A stretch of DNA of 64,000 bases, taken from assembly GCF_000143415.4 (NCBI RefSeq), contig NW_003314295.1:1426907-1490906 (forward strand), written 5' to 3'. Each line of letters starts with the position of its first letter. Position 1 is the stretch's first letter. The position numbers and the translations under genes are program-made. Shown in pieces: positions 1-15,466 of the stretch. The DNA is from Selaginella moellendorffii (Eukaryota > Plantae > Lycopodiophyta). The notes beneath the pieces are model-generated. The model saw only the letters and a program-made list of their open reading frames with translations, was not told the DNA's origin and made no database searches.

Positions 1-112
1 AGCAGGTATGGATACATTGTTTCAAAAGTTAAACCTTCAACTCAATTGTTTTCTAGGTGGAGGTGTCAAGAAGAGAGAGTGAATCACGTTTGAAGTTAAA
101 GCTGGTCCTAAC

Positions 113-1350
113 ATGGGTGTGTTACAGCAAGTATGCAAGCTTGCATTGTTTCAAGAGTTAAACCTTCTACTACATTCTTTTCCCAAGATATTGATGGGGC
201 ACAAGTCGAATGAGTCAGGGCAAGCGAGAAAGCATAGACATCTAGATATTGGTCTTAAGTTAAGCTTTGGGATACCCACTGCTAGAGCAAGGCTGGAGGC
301 TTGGCAACAAAAAGCTGCTGCTCATACCAAACAACATGAAGATTTTAGATTGAAGCCTGATATAGCTGTCTGTGGTGGTCATGCAAGGACAGATGCAAGG
401 ACGGCAGTGCAATTTGCCATGCTCACAAAAAAAATCACATAGATGGAGCGAAGAATAACAACAATGGAGCCCCTTGTCTTTACAACAAGGGGGACGAGTC
501 AATGCCTGTATGTTGCATGTGTTTTGGATATGGCTTTGAGGTGCATGAACTGGAAGTTGCAGCAAGTGGTGGTGGATGCACTGTCCAGGAGACTCAAAGT
601 GGATGGGCAAAAGTTTGCCATCACCAAAAAGGAAATACAAGGAAGTAAGTGGGTCTTGAGCAAGCTTTAACAAGATCTTGTTACTTTTCCAAGGTTCTCC
701 TTTCATGTGGAACGAGAGGGAGACAACTTCGAGAAAATCAACATGCTATTAGATGCAGTAGTCGGCACGTTCGAAAAGGAAACAAGGATTCTCAAGAGTA
801 GAGAGGGTCTCCAACACTTTGTTGAGAAGATCAGAGTTCTATGCATTCGAAGTGCTCATCTGATGGTTGTTTACAAATGCAATGCAACGTAAGGTGCAAC
901 CTTGAAGCCATGAAAAGAGCTTACTCTAAAGCCATCAGCACTAATTGAATTGACAGTAGCAGAGTATAGTGTGAAAGTGCAAATGGCAAGTGAGGTGGAA
1001 TTTTTGTTCGGAAGGGACAATGAAAGTACCTACAAGTTTGAGGATGTCTTGTTCTAAGCACAAGATTCTCATGGTACAAACAAAAGTTGACACAGGCCTT
1101 GAAGGGATAGAGATTACATGCTGGTAAGTTGCTTTTATGCTTTTGCCTATTTTTGCTTGATAAATGCTCAATCTTTTTTTCCTAGTTGGCCTAATTGAAT
1201 AGGTGTTTAACCTGGCTAAAAATGACAAAGTCAAGGAATGTGTCGAGCAAAAGAACCAGCATCAAACCTTTTGGATGAAGTCAAATGGCTCAAGTGTTTG
1301 GTGGAAAATGGTCTAAACTAGAAGGTGATGTAATTGTATTTGTTTGTAGT
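113..1350 (+). pseudogene. Decayed multi-exon coding sequence of unknown function
   Basis: ORFs 113-442 and 443-670 are in the same frame and separated by one TAG. Further ORF pieces (707-892) and short GT..AG intron-like spacers follow. No family recognised. Confidence 0.25.
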
Positions 1351-1549
1351 GCATAAATTTCTTGTAGATGCTGCTACCAAGGCATTGGTTTTGTATTAGA
1401 GGAGAGGCTCTAAGGTTGAATGGGGTGAGTGGAATACAAAAATGAGAACTTAATGAAGTATTAGACAAGGTGAGCTATACGATAAATGAAGCTGGACTAT
1501 TATGATCCAGTGTAAAAAAGATAGAGAATTAATTGCCCTAGACTATACT

Positions 1550-4500
1550 ATGCCACCTCTTGAGGTTCCTCACCACCCAACCACCCCTAAACTACCTCAA
1601 AAGCTCCATTGCACCGCTACTCCATTGTGAGCCCTAGGGTAGGTTAAGTCCCTTACCCTAACATGCCTTAATATACCCTTGAGCCTCCCTTTGACTAATG
1701 TTAACCACGTGCACGTAACAATTCTTCCCCCCCAACAAAGTCCTTGCCCCAAGGATGAGTTGTATTGGTGATCACCCTTTCTAGGGAACCCTGCTCAAGC
1801 TCCTAATCCATCTTTCATAGCCGTATACATCAAGGAGGCATTGGGCCTGTCACTCCAAGATAGTACACCTTTCAACTAATTGACATAAAATACCGGATGA
1901 ATTTTCACCCCAACTGATAGCCGCACTTGATAAGCTGCTTTACTAATGCACTCTAACACTTCATATGGACTAAGATATCAATGGGAAAGTTTGTCACTCT
2001 TCCCTATCCATAAATGCATCAAAGTGTTCCATTACTCACTTGATGGAAATATCACTCACATATAGACAAGATCACCCATTTTATATTCATGGAATTTGTG
2101 ATACTCATTATCAAAGGTTTCCACTCTATCTTGAGTTGCCTACAAATTCCGTTTGTACACCACCAAAATCTCATTAAGTTTTGTGGCTAGATCAGTCACT
2201 TCTAAATCAAGCTTGTCTTAAACATCCTTACTTAAATGCAATCCCAACTCCACTGCTGTTTGGGGATGCCTTCCAAACATAACAAAATAAAGATTTAGCT
2301 TGGTTCCACTGTGTTGGTTATTGTTGTAAGCAAATTGCACTAACGGAAGATATAAATCCCATTGTCCTTGCCTTTAATCAACACTACAACATAGCATATC
2401 CTCCACCACCTAATTCACATGCTCGATTTGCCCATCCGTCTGAGGATGATCTCCACTTGAGAGTTTCAAAATCATTTGCATAACCTTCGTAAAGCTCTTC
2501 CAAAATCCAGTTGTGAACTTTGAATCTCGATCACTAATGATGTCCTCCAGCAAACCAAACTCAAGAAAAACCTTCTCTAAGTAGACTACAGCTAAGTTTG
2601 AGGCAGTGATAGTCTTCCAAAGAACCAACAACCACACATACTTCGTCAATCGATCCACTATAACCCATACTTGCTCCTTTTGCCTCTATGTTCGTGGCAA
2701 ATAAGTGATGAAGTCCATAGAGATACTACACCAACGGCTCTGAGGAATAGGTAAAGGTTGCAAAAGTTCCCCCAACTTTTTCTGTAACACCTTAACCTGC
2801 TGACAAAGCTCACATGATTTACAATACTTAAGGATATCAGCCTTCATATTCCTCCAATAAAAATTGCGCTTAATCAACTCAAATGTCTTCTTTCCCCCAA
2901 AATGATTAGCCTCCAGACGATCGTGATAGTGGAATAAAACTTGAGTAATTAATGCATCCACCCGTGGTAAATATACATAACCATTGTAATGGAGAATCCC
3001 ATCTACCAATGATAAAGGGGCTTCCATTTAGTCACGCAAAGAGGCCACCTCAGCATTCTGAGCTTGAGCACGCTCAACCAATTGCCCAAACTCGCTGACC
3101 ACCTTACTCAAATGATGACAAAACCGTGTTTGTAATGCCATCACATAACGAACACTAAATAAAACATTTGCCACCACATTTGATTTTTCAGGGGTATTGC
3201 ACCGCTTCCGCAATGCCCCNNNNNNNNNNNNNNNNNNNNNNNNNNNNNNNNNNNNNNNNNNNNNNNNNNNNNNNNNNNNNNNNNNNNNNNNNNNNNNNNN
3301 NNNNNNNNNNNNNNNNNNNNNNNNNNNNNNNNNNNNNNNNNNNNNNNNNNNNNNNNNNNNNNNNNNNNNNNNNNNNNNNNNNNNNNNNNNNNNNNNNNNN
3401 NNNNNNNNNNNNNNNNNNNNNNNNNNNNNNNNNNNNNNNNNNNNNNNNNNNNNNNNNNNNNNNNNNNNNNNNNNNNTATTCTTGCTAAAAACAAGAATAT
3501 CGTCCAAGAAAATCTCCACAAACTCATGAAGATAATGCTTAAATACCCTCTGTCATCAACCTAGTAAATATGGCTAGTGCATTTGTCAAACTAAACGGCA
3601 TAACTATAAACTCAAAATGCTCAAAGTTTATGTTGAATATTGTCCTAGAGATAGATGCATTATCCATTGCAATCTGATGACATCCACTCCTTAGATCAAT
3701 CTTGGTAAACACTTGTGCTTCACCAAGCTTGTTTAAGATATCATCCACACATGGCATCTGGCATTGGCATTTTATCTTTCATTATCTTCTTGTTCAAAGC
3801 ACAATAATTAATATACATTTGCATTGAACTGTCCTTCTTCTTCACAAGCAAGACTGAAACACCAAACAAAGACTTACTTGGCTGAATAAATCTAAACTCA
3901 AGTAACTTTTTGACTTGTCATTGAACTTCTTGCTCCTCCGCATAACTTAACCGAAATGAATACTGGTAAATTGGCCATATCCCCAACTCTAATGTAATGC
4001 TATGCTCCACACCTCGTAATGGAGGCAACCCATGAGAAAGTTTAGATAGAAAAACATTAGAAAACTCATTGAGTACATCCCGTATTGCTGCTTCTCCCCC
4101 ACACGTGCCTTGGTCCCCCAAGTCACGAACAAACAACAAATAACTTGAAAATGTTTTTCCATTATGACAAGCCTTCTTCAAAGATGTAGTGGAGAGTATA
4201 ACAACTGGAGGTTAAACTCTCTTTCCAAATCACACATCATTAATGCCACTGTATAAAAGTGAGATACGCTTAATACTCCACTTTATCTTTAGATTTACGT
4301 TCACCAACCATAGCATCCTAAGAATGAAATCCACACAATAGATATCCACAAGATAAAAAGTCTCCATAAGTGTGGTTTTGCTAACCAACACTTCTAGCCC
4401 CTCTACACAAGTATTGAAATGCTGAGCAGAGGTAGCTATACCTTCCACCATATATGGAAGAACTCTTTGTGTGACCAGGCCATGTTCTGCAACAAACTTT

Positions 4501-4950
4501 GTCAAAAAAAAGTTGTCATTGCTCCCACTATCCAGTAAAATCCGCACTAGACCGCCACAAAATGTGCCCTCCAACATTAAAACTAATTCACGAGTATCCA
4601 CGAGCTCTATCTTGTTTTCCACACAATTGAGTTAACGAGCAATGATTGAAAGGTTCTTCCTCTAACCGAAATGGTTGTCCCCATTATCCTCACACTGCAT
4701 AGTGTGCAACTTTTTAATATTTGACTTATCATCAGTAAAAGATTGGCCATTCTTTTCACCCTATTACTTGTTCTTCAATTGTGGACAATCAGCCTTGTAA
4801 TGTCCAAGTTCGCCACAATGATGACAACCCTATCTATAATTCTTCACAAAGAACCTTTGCTTCTTTGACCCCTTTGCATCCGAAGTAGTCACCATCAACT
4901 TCAACTTGTGATACTTGTTCCTATCCTTGTGTCCATAGCTATCATCACCA
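1550..4950 (-). mobile_element. Degenerate Ty3/Gypsy LTR retrotransposon (gag knuckle-PR-RT-[gap]-INT-PPT-3'LTR)
   Basis: CCHC knuckle CHHCGELGHYKADCPQ at ~4780-4827. Protease LLDSGS in 4230-4622. RT motifs FTKIDLRSG, VMPF and FLDDILVFS at 3480-4181. Integrase H..H..C..C and SMDFIT/PQTDGQ at 2410-3027. Purine tract at 1721-1735 is followed by TGTTAC at 1720 (LTR start on minus). Many stops and frameshifts; the distal LTR end is approximate. Confidence 0.9.
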
Positions 4951-5189
4951 TAATTCTCGATAGAAGAACTCTGTGAATGTTTGCTCCCTTAGTGTCTTTC
5001 CCACTTAGTTACTTTGACCAAGCCACACCATTACCAATAGTTCAAATCAATACTTTGAACTAAGAACTTTATTCTTTAATCTCATAAGGACTTTATCCTT
5101 GTTTTAGCCATAAGATCACATAATGATCTAACTTTCACACCTTAGCAAATTTGCCATTAAGTACTAGGCCTTCCAAATCTTTAATTTAT

Positions 5190-8100
5190 TAACCATGACC
5201 TCAAGGGCATTCCCCACACTTGGCAGTGCATCTAAGCTATCCCATCTAGCTAAGGGTCCATAGTAACTAAAATTGGGTATCCCCATTTCATTCACCACAT
5301 CCTTGGTGCCACTTACACCAAAATGTTCAAGTTAAATATGTTAAACTTTCACATTAAACATTTAACTATGCATCACAACTCTGGGGCATCCCCCGCTTGG
5401 TAGTGTGCCCAAGCCAATCTCCTTATTAAGAACCCATGATCACAAAAAAATGAGTGTCCTTATATTTAAACCATCATCACACCCTAGTGAGTTAGGATTC
5501 AAACCCAAACACTAAAAAGTTAGGACTCGAACTTAACCTCTGTATATGCATTTATGGATAGCATCACCCAAGATGCCTGGTATGACTCCCCACACTGGTG
5601 CACCAACTTATACTTAAAGTGTGTTACAGATCACAACTTAGAAATTTAGTTCCTCCCAACTACCAAGTCCTTTCAATTGACAAGTTTATGATCATACATG
5701 GACTCCTCCATATTTGGCCCTATAAGCCACCTTTTTTGAAGTCACTCCTTCAAGTAAGGCTTTTGTTCCTTGACTTGCCAATCTCGCTTAGCAAGTCATC
5801 CGACCAGTGTAATATGGTTTCATGCATAAGCGTGAAAGTATTTAACCATCAACTTTTATTCAAAGCCATCTCTTTGAACACTCAAAGATTACTTTCCCAA
5901 CCTTGATAGATTTACCTCATAACAAGCTCCAAGACCATGCTTCTGCTGTGCCACTCTGATTTTATGCATTCTATAAACCATTTACACTTGTCTTTTTAAG
6001 TACTAATCTACTTAGAATTGTCTTTGGGAACTTTTAAAGGGACTCTGTCTCTTAACTTGCTAAGGCCTCCTCTTTCGCAAGATTTCTAATTGCCATATAA
6101 TTTAACATGGATAATCCCATATTTTAGACTTTCTATGGCGTCACAGTTGCTAATACCAATACGTTGAAACATCCATTTAATTCTCCACTCCCAATTTGCA
6201 TAACCACCCTTAGTTATGCCCCTTCAATCCTTAAGATTTGGTTTTATCCCTTTAGTATTTGCTTTTTGGCCTTGTGTTTTCCCTTTAGTTATTCTCTTCC
6301 TATCTAAAAGGGTAGTTTTACACTTTCTACTATGCCTTAGCAAGTATTCTTAGAGATGAATTTACTCAATAACTTAAGGAGTGGATCTTGAATCTAGATA
6401 TGTTCATTGTGTAATCCCACACATTAGATTATATATAGGCCTCTTTATGCCCACTATTAGCCATACCAAAAATTTTTTGGGCTTGATCTAATTCGGATAA
6501 ACAGACTTCTCTAATCTCCACAACTTTGGACATTGGATAACACCTTCTATCCATTATTCGCTAGGAACTTAATCCCTTGGGTTTTATTTAATGTCTTCAT
6601 GATATTAAACACCACTTCCTAGTATTTTAAAATGTTTAGGTGTCCCAATTATAGCCTTCTTTGACAATGGGCATTTTCCTTTTTAACATTGACTTACTAT
6701 ATTGCAACATAAGTAATTTATCCCCCCGAGGGATATATCTAACTTATTTATCCAAACAAGAAATCTTGGGTAGTTAACTTTTTTCAATCCAATCAATTAA
6801 GTTACATCTTTTTCTTAGTTGCTTCATAATTATTAAATCCTACAACTCATTGTTGGTGCTTCTACACCTCCATCGTTATTTCAACCTCAGTCCAAATACT
6901 TTCACTAGTCCTTTAGGACCATTTCTTGACTTCACTCGAGTCATCTAACTTTTTCAACTTTGCTTATTCAACAACCCATAAGGTCCTAGCCTCCTAGCTA
7001 GTTTTGAGGTGCTAATTCACTAAAATATATTTTATTATATTCATGTCCTACTCATAAAGACTATCTTTGCAAATATTACTCTAACACTTGATTATTTTTC
7101 ATTCCTTGTGGGCTACTTTTGCCCCTTAGGACTATCCATTTATATGATGAGAATATCAATTCATCTTCTAAGTACACCCCTAACTCCTTGGGTTTGTTCT
7201 AGCATTTATAAAAAGTAGCCTTGGCTATCATTTCAAAGACTTGTGTCCTCATTCGTATTTGACTTCCCACTGTTATTAATTCTAGTCTCAAATTCATGAG
7301 TACCAGCCTTAATTATATGAGGATAATCTTGTGATTCCTTTATTGTTTTAGAGTCTCTATTTTTCCTGTGATCCTAACTATAGTTGTTTACCACAATCAC
7401 ATTAGCCAGTTTGTTAAGTCAAATGCTCATCTGAATCACATTCTCAACTCTCTAAAGAAAACCTTATACTATTGGGGTAACAGTAGAGGGAGNNNNNNNN
7501 NNNNNNNNNNNNNNNNNNNNNNNNNNNNNNNNNNNNNNNNNNNNNNNNNNNNNNNNNNNNNNNNNNNNNNNNNNNNNNNNNNNNNNNNNNNNNNNNNNNN
7601 NNNNNNNNNNNNNNNNNNNNNNNNNNNNNNNNNNNNNNNNNNNNNNNNNNNNNNNNNNNNNNNNNNNNNNNNNNNNNNNNNNNNNNNNNNNNNNNNNNNN
7701 NNNNNNNNNNNNNNNNNNNNNNNNNNNNNNNNNNNNNNNNNNNNNNNNNNNNNNNNNNNNNNNNNNNNNNNNNNNNNNNNNNNNNNNNNNNNNNNNNNNN
7801 NNNNNNNNNNNNNNNNNNNNNNNNNNNNNNNNNNNNNNNNNNNNNNNNNNNNNNNNNNNNNNNNNNNNNNNNNNNNNNNNNNNNNNNNNNNNNNNNNNNN
7901 NNNNNNNNNNNNNNNNNNNNNNNNNNNNNNGTGATATATACAACTGGTGATATACTTGGCTATCAATAAAAGTCAAATTAAGGAACATTTCCAATACCAA
8001 ATTTAAATTTTCCATTATACTTTAGTCACTTAACCACACCTTTGACCACTTAGAGGAGTCTCACTCACAACCTCTATAAATCCCATTCTAGACTTGGGGG

Positions 8101-9343
8101 TTTACTAGCTCCAAGAATGACATCCATGCCACTCACCTTTGCACTTGGTCCAAGTGCTCCATGTGTCTGATCCTATAACCAACACCCAAAAGTACCACTG
8201 ACATATCAACTTGTTATGCCTATTCACCTTTGTCACACCAGTAATCTAACACCACCTACATCATAGTCCCATCTCTCAAAGACTAGGCCATTCATCTAAG
8301 AGTGATCATCCCAAATCCACTTCTTAGCATCCTTAGGATGCCTGCAAACATGGGGAACAATTTTCCCCAATATCCTTTTTTCGTCCCCATCAAGTCCTTT
8401 TCTATCCATGGCTGTGTTTGTCAACATTGCCATTGGGTCAAAGCCTACAAGCCCGACCACTAAGTCCCATTGTCCTTTGGGACTTCCTCACCATGTGACA
8501 ATATCCTTAGTCATTACATTAAAGGATTGCTCCTCTTTCTTTTCCACAGTCTAGGACTTTGGGACAACATTTCGGAACACCATGGCTCTACATATGCCTC
8601 ATGGGTACTCTCCCCACCTTCTGCCTTTGGGTGCTCTAGCCATGGGGCTAGAGTAAAGTTCCATTAAGCCACACTAGGTATCTAAGTAGGTAGTGCCACC
8701 CACGCTTGGATTGGGAGCATCGACCATTCGATCTTTCAGAGGAGCTAGAGTTAGCTCTTAAACACTTCACCAAGCTATCTTGCTTGTTTGTCTGTATTCA
8801 CTCTAGCTTTAGATTCCTCAGTGGATATATCCTCACCCAATACATGGGCATAGTTTTTTTGGGTCACACTGACCTTTCTTGGCCAAACTAGATCCATTAA
8901 GGTCTAACCCTTACACTCTCCTTATTATACTTTTGGAACCCTCTGTAGCCCCCTTGCCCCCCGCTCAGGGGACAATTGCTTTGGGCTTTCACCTAACAGC
9001 TTGTTTTAGTATTCAAACTCGAACTCGGGCTTGGACTCGGACTCCATCTTAGGTCCATCTCAGACTCCATCTCGGACTTCATCTCAGACTCCATCTCAAG
9101 TCCATCTTAGACTTTTCCATGTATCATGTGTTGATCCTCTTGTGTCCCTTTTCTAGATACTCATTTACTACTTGCTTCATCCTCATTCCTCAAGTATTTC
9201 GTTAGGAGTTCTACTTCCACTCTTGACTATCCAAGTCAAAGCTTTTAGTCCAAATGTATTTCTCTCATTTGGCTTCCATTTCAGCCACTACTACATGGCA
9301 CCCTTTTGGCTCCACTTTTGGGGCTTTAGATTTGTGTCTCACA
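5190..9343. repeat. Decayed copy of long repeat family B (probable LTR sequence)
   Basis: 5190-5600 aligns by eye with 50800-51660 and 8010-9343 with 51710-53371. Both copies end at TGTGTCTCACA. This copy is C>T/G>A eroded and contains an N gap. Confidence 0.75.
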
Positions 9344-10809
9344 TATTGAGAGAAGCAAGCAGGGTTTTCAGCATTATCTTATCAAGATCAAAGGTCTATA
9401 TGTTGGAGGTGTTAATGATATGGCTCTCTATAAGTATGATTCAAATTACAGTGACGTAATGAAGCCTCAAGAAATGCTTGCTCTGAAGCTATCAAAGATG
9501 ATCAAGTTATCACTAGCAGACTACACTCTCAAGTTGCAACTAACAAGTGAGATTGAACTTTTTTTGGAAGAAGAAAATGGCAGAAGTACCTGTGAGCTTG
9601 AGAGTGCTATCCTAGAAGGAAAAGCATTTTTGGGCCAGGTGCTCAAGTGGTATAAGAACAAGCTGAAAGAGAACTTGGAGGAGTAGAGATTTAAGGCTGG
9701 TAAGCTGCTTCAGCCTGGAGTCTAATCCAAGGTGGCAGAGATTCAAATATGAGATGATAGAAGACTTGAAATACAAAGTAGGTAGGGGAAAAATAGTGTG
9801 TTTCATTTCTGCTTAAAATTAAGATGGAATCTGAGTGCACTATGATCTTATAACAAAACAAAACAAGACTATACAGCAAGTTCTAAAGCTATATTTTTTA
9901 TTAGAATATATACTTTATTATGCTGGTGCTATTCTTGCTTTTGTATATATTATATCTGATCTATTAGTTTCTTATAACGTGTATTATTTGTATGTATCCT
10001 TCTTTCTCCATCATTGTTTGAAGTGGTTCTTCATATCGATAGTCAATATTGAAATCTCCTATAATTATCATTGGTATTTTATTATCTATTTTTTGCATAT
10101 AGTTATGTAGTTGTTATATGAATATTTGTATATTTGTTATGGGTTTTCTATGTATATTCTGTATTTGTATTTGCTTTTGATTTTTCTTTAGTGATATATG
10201 CCATTGTTTGTGTTTTGAAATTTCTCTAATTTACAGTCATTTATATGCAATATTGCTATATGTGGGGTTGTTCATTATATATGATTTATATTCATTATAA
10301 AATAAGTCCTCATATGTTTGTTTTTACTTCTTGCATACATATTATATTTGATATTAATAATTGTGAATCACTCTTTATATCTTCTTGATGTGCTATAGGT
10401 GATGTTGTATTTAGAACTTGTATAATTGCTTGGTTAGTTATTTTCTCTTCTTGTAAATCTACTAAATCAATTTGCCATTATTGTCATTCTTATTATTTCT
10501 TTAGCTGCATCTTTATTAATTTTATGTTTAATTGGTCTATATTGATGTATACCTTTTTAGTTTTTATGTTCTTTTGATAATGTTGTTATGCTTATTCTCA
10601 ATATTTTGTTTTATATGTGCAATATCCTAATTTTTTTACTGTTAATTCTTGAGTTTTATGTTGTTTTACTGTTGATTCTTGAGTTTTATATATCATTCTT
10701 CCTGCACATGGTTGTATTGGAAATTAGTTTCTACTTATAACATGATTTGGTTTTTAGTAATATTTATTACTCTTGTTGTGAGTGCTTGGAATAAGGAAAT
10801 GGAATACAA

Positions 10810-13800
10810 AAATGTGCATAGCCCAAAAACCCTAGCTTATATACATGAGCGAGTGGTTTGGCTTGAAACTAATATAACAGCTATCACTACACTAATATTA
10901 GTATACCACATAATAGTTGTATATTTGGACCTCACATCATCCCCTCTTCTTGGATGGATAGAAGACAATCAGAGTTTTCTCAATGGACAGGTCAGGATTT
11001 GATAGAACATTAGGAGGAGGTAGCGATGGATCTATAAGTTGTGTTAGTTGTTCCTGATCCCTTTGCATGAAGCGTTTTAACTGTTATATATACATAATTT
11101 TTGGAGGATCTGCTTGTTAAACATCATGTTGAACCTCATAAACTTGTGATCCAACTTACTACAACACAATATGGTCCCTTCCACTAAACAAGGAGCCCCT
11201 TAAATAAACCACATACCATAAGATTGGGAAAATGAACTAACACTATGTTATCCATTTTATACTTTGTAGGTGGACAATAATAAAACTTGTAATACCATTG
11301 TTGTCCCACTTTTACATAGCCTAGATGTTTAGTCCAAACATCCAAGTTGTCAATACCTCTTTCAAATCTATAAACACATTCAAAGTCCATAAACTAGATG
11401 AAAGATGATATTAATGACTTTAATAATACTTGCAATGGTTCAGTGCGATCAGAAAAATAATCAATAAAATGACTAAGATATTGCACCTTGCTCATGAAAC
11501 ATTGTACACCATTCACACATATCAAAGTAAAGAACTTTAAAACAACCACAAGTTTGTTATGATCAACTTGTATAAGAAAGACGGTATCCAAGATAAGTTA
11601 TGTCCTTGGACCCAAACATGCATGTCAACCACTTCAACTTTAAACAAACTTCCTATAACTAATCAAAAACCTTACGAATATCACAAATGTGTTCCTCCCA
11701 TATCCCCTCCAAATGAATCAAGACATCATTGATGAAATCAGCAGTCACTTTCGGTATATCACAAAGAACTTCCTTTATCATCCACTAAAAAGTTCCTGGA
11801 GCATTATTCAAACCAAACGGCATCACCAATAACTTGTACAAAAAGCAGTTTTAGGAATATCTTTCTCGGCCATTGACACTTACCAATACCTAAAAGCAAT
11901 ATCTAATTTAGTGAACCAACAACTTCCTAGAATATCCAAGAGTTTAGCAATGTGAGGAAGAGGGTACACATCCGGGATTGTCAATTTGCTTAATAAATGA
12001 TAGTTGATGTAAAAACAAATACTCCTATTACACTTTATTACAAAATGAGATTCACATGCCCAAAGACTCCATGACTTTCCAATAACACCCTTTCTAACAT
12101 TTCTTTGATGTTTACATGTAAAATCTTAGACTCTTTTAGTGATCAACAACTAATAGCAACCTTAATTGGACGAGCATCCCCAATTGGAATAGGATGACAT
12201 ATTGCAATTTTAGCCCCAAATGACAGGTTGAATTCAAAGAGATCAACATACTCCTTTATGAGCCAATCACCTGTTGCAACACAAAAACCATTAGAAGGAT
12301 CGGAAGAGGGAATAAAAAAACAAGGTAGAAACATAGAAGGAAGTAATGGAGAGACAAAAGTGATGAAAGCAGAGGTAAAAATAAAAACACAAAAAGGAAT
12401 AGAAATGAGAGAGGAATGGAAGAAATATAAAAAAGTATAAAATAAAGGGAAGAAGCCTTATGGTCACATTTGGCATGATTATGCCTCAACTAATCCATAT
12501 TAAGAATGATGTCAAAAGCTTGACTTGGCATCACTTGTAATAACTGCAGCTCAACTCAAGACACGCACAACTAGATCCACCTTATCTCTTGCGTATGCGC
12601 GTGTATAGCCATTGCCATAAAGAATAAAATTGGCTCTGTTGCACAATACAAATGTAAACAACAATATATACTAATAGGCCAAGCTATATCAACAAACACA
12701 AAGAGAATAATAAGAAATCTTTTGTTATAAAAATGAGGTTCTACTTGCACGATTCCTTATTTCCCAAAAGCATCTCGGTGTCTAGACCTTTTACTACAAC
12801 GGCACCAATAGGATATTGTTGATGCTAAAGTCTCCACTTAAGAAATGAAGCTCACCAATCCGGAAAATACCAATAACGCTAATAAATGTGACCAACTTCA
12901 TCATATGTTTAACAGTGGATATCACAGCCATAACCATATTCTTGCCCTTATCTTTAAACTTGGGCAGCAATAGCATTAACCTCAACATCAACCTCTATTG
13001 GAACAAGATCATTTCCCACATAAAGTGGAGCTAGAGGATGTGCAACAAAAAGTGGAAAAAGCAATGTCTTATAACGTTGTGCTAAGTGAAGAGTATTGTC
13101 AAAAGTGGCATGTGTAAGTCCTACAAAATCTTGTTGAAATGCTAGTTATAACATTCTCAATTTGATCCACTCTGACATATTTTGCTCTGCACAAAAAAAT
13201 AAGTTTCGGAAATGAATGCTAAATTGCATCATGGATTCAAATGGCCCTTAACAAAAACGATGCAATTGTTGGAAGGCATCATCATAATCATCGGCATGGC
13301 CAAATGCATGTTTGAAGATATATGAGAGAATGCTCTAATCCTCATGAATGTCTGTGCTAAAACCATTGTACCATTGCAATGCCGTCTTTTGAAGACACGT
13401 GGGAAATTCATACAAACGCTGAGCATTATCCCAAAAATAATATATGGCAATCACTATAAATTGATCAAACCAAAGGTACACATTATCCCCACTCCCATAG
13501 AAGCAGTTTGGCTAGATACAAGGATTGACAGCAAGAATAAGAGGAGCTATACCAGAAAAAAAGAGAAGAAATGGAAAGAGATATAGGACATCTAAATGAT
13601 ACAAAAGCTAAATTTAAACTCAAATCTAAGCACTTTTTAAGGATAATAAAAGTTACATTTCTCCTCCCACTAATGTGAGTGCATGGAATATAGAAATGTG
13701 CAAATCAATTAACCCAAAAAACATAAAGGATTGAGTGGTCCAGATTGAAATTAATCTAACAGTAATCAAAATCCCATTACGCTAATATTCATTATAGCCG

Positions 13801-14070
13801 TCCACTTGGATATTTGATTAGTTCAAAAACTTTAGGTTATATATAGGGTGAAATCAATTTGATAACTATCAAAATCCCACTATAATAATAATAATATATA
13901 AGTGTATATTTAACCTAAGAACTCTAACTTATATACATGTGCGAGTGGTCCAAATTGAAACCAATATAATAGCTATTAAAATCCCACTACATTAATAATA
14001 TAATTTATAAATAGAATTGAGTGGTTTAGATCAAAATTAACTATCAAAATCCTATTATTCTAATAAGTAT
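10810..14070 (-). mobile_element. Highly degenerate Ty3/Gypsy element with LTR-like terminal repeats
   Basis: Gag-like frame FWDNAQRLYEFPTCLQKTALQWY at ~13200-13440. RT motifs YPLPHIAKLL (~11940-11970) and VMPFGLNNAPGT (~11791-11826). 10810-10910 resembles 13910-14000. Confidence 0.75.
13730..14070. repeat. Imperfect tandem array of ~95-bp units
   Basis: GAGTGGT..AGATTGAAA..AAT..AAC..TATCAAAATCCCACTA recurs at ~13733, 13850, 13943 and 14019. Confidence 0.55.
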
Positions 14071-15466
14071 CATACATTTAATAACTTTTTATAATATATT
14101 GAATAACTATTTGAATTAGTTTATTCTTATGTAAATTCAGTCGCTTAAATAAATAACTAATATACATAAATAGTCTCATGAATCTTTTTCAAAGTATAAT
14201 CTTGATTATTTACTGATTATTATTTTTAATTCAGTCCACTAAAAAATTGATTCTGAATGCTTTACACTGTTGATGTTAAAACTTGAATCTAATGTGATTA
14301 AAATACTCATATTTAAACTGTTGAAGCCTTGCCAAAATTGTACTTAAATATATTTTCTTCTCAACCCACACGTAAGATCAAAAGAGAACATATAATACAT
14401 ATACTACTTATATAGCGGGATCACAATGTGGGGATATTTGGATTTGGAACTTCTTACTTCCAACTCTTCTTGGACTGGCATAGCAATGTCTTGCCAACAT
14501 CTCTATATTTGCATCCTAGACCTATGAACCATCTCGAACGTTTAGTGCAGCTAGCGTAACTGGATCATTCATGTTATCTTTGTCAGTTTCTTCACATCTT
14601 CCAAAGCCTTGGGTTATGGGACGCTGCCCTAGAAGAATGCAAATGCTTGATCCGTCTGCACTTAACAATACTCACTCACTTAGCACCATGAACAGATGTG
14701 AAGTGACCTGGATGTGATAAGCTGGTGGGGATGGTCATGGTGGTGATCAAATGAAAGTGGGAATTGTTTTCCATTTTTGTTGGAATTTTAAAAGTGCAAA
14801 AAAGGAAATCAGTGTCACTGTTGTTTAGTTTTCTTGATAATTAGCAACAGCATTTCTATATCCATCATGTTTTGTCACCAAGGAAAATACGCGAGATCAG
14901 CTGACGCAGCTAAATTGGCATCTTTCTTCCCCGGATTCCTTGTTTTAAAAGCCCGTCTCGTCTTTCCTTCGATTGTAATGCTAACTTATCGAATCCGATC
15001 GGTGGCAAGCCACGCATAGGGACAAAACACAAACCACTGTTGAGAAATGTAGGAAAAGAGAAAGAAACATCTTTCTTGGAAGAACGCGATATGGAATACG
15101 AGTAAATGCCCCCTGTCTTTACTAACAGCTGCATCCACGGAAGCAGATGCCAAAGGCAAAGGTGGAGTTAACGGGGAACAAAACGCTATTGAAAATCGAA
15201 AAAAAAATTAGTGTTTACAAGGAGCTAAAAGACGAGCTTTACCAGATACCCACGCGTAATTCACCACATTAGCGACACATTCCTCTTCTCTGCTTCTGTC
15301 TCGCATGCTGCGTCCTCTCCCTTGCTCCAGAGATCCTTTCATCCTTTCCTGCCAATATATTACGACGCAGGCATTTAGTCTTCCAAATCCCGTGCTACTC
15401 TTACCTTGAGAGCGTAAGAGGGTAGCCAAGCTCACAGGAACAAACCAGGAAGACGATTGGAAAAGA

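Noticed and set aside
3141-7966. ORFs containing long X runs
   Set aside because: Artefacts of N gaps at 3220-3476 and 7493-7930.
9350-10800. ORF 9420-9686 and hydrophobic ORFs in the T-rich tract
   Set aside because: No recognisable motif; the hydrophobicity follows from base composition.
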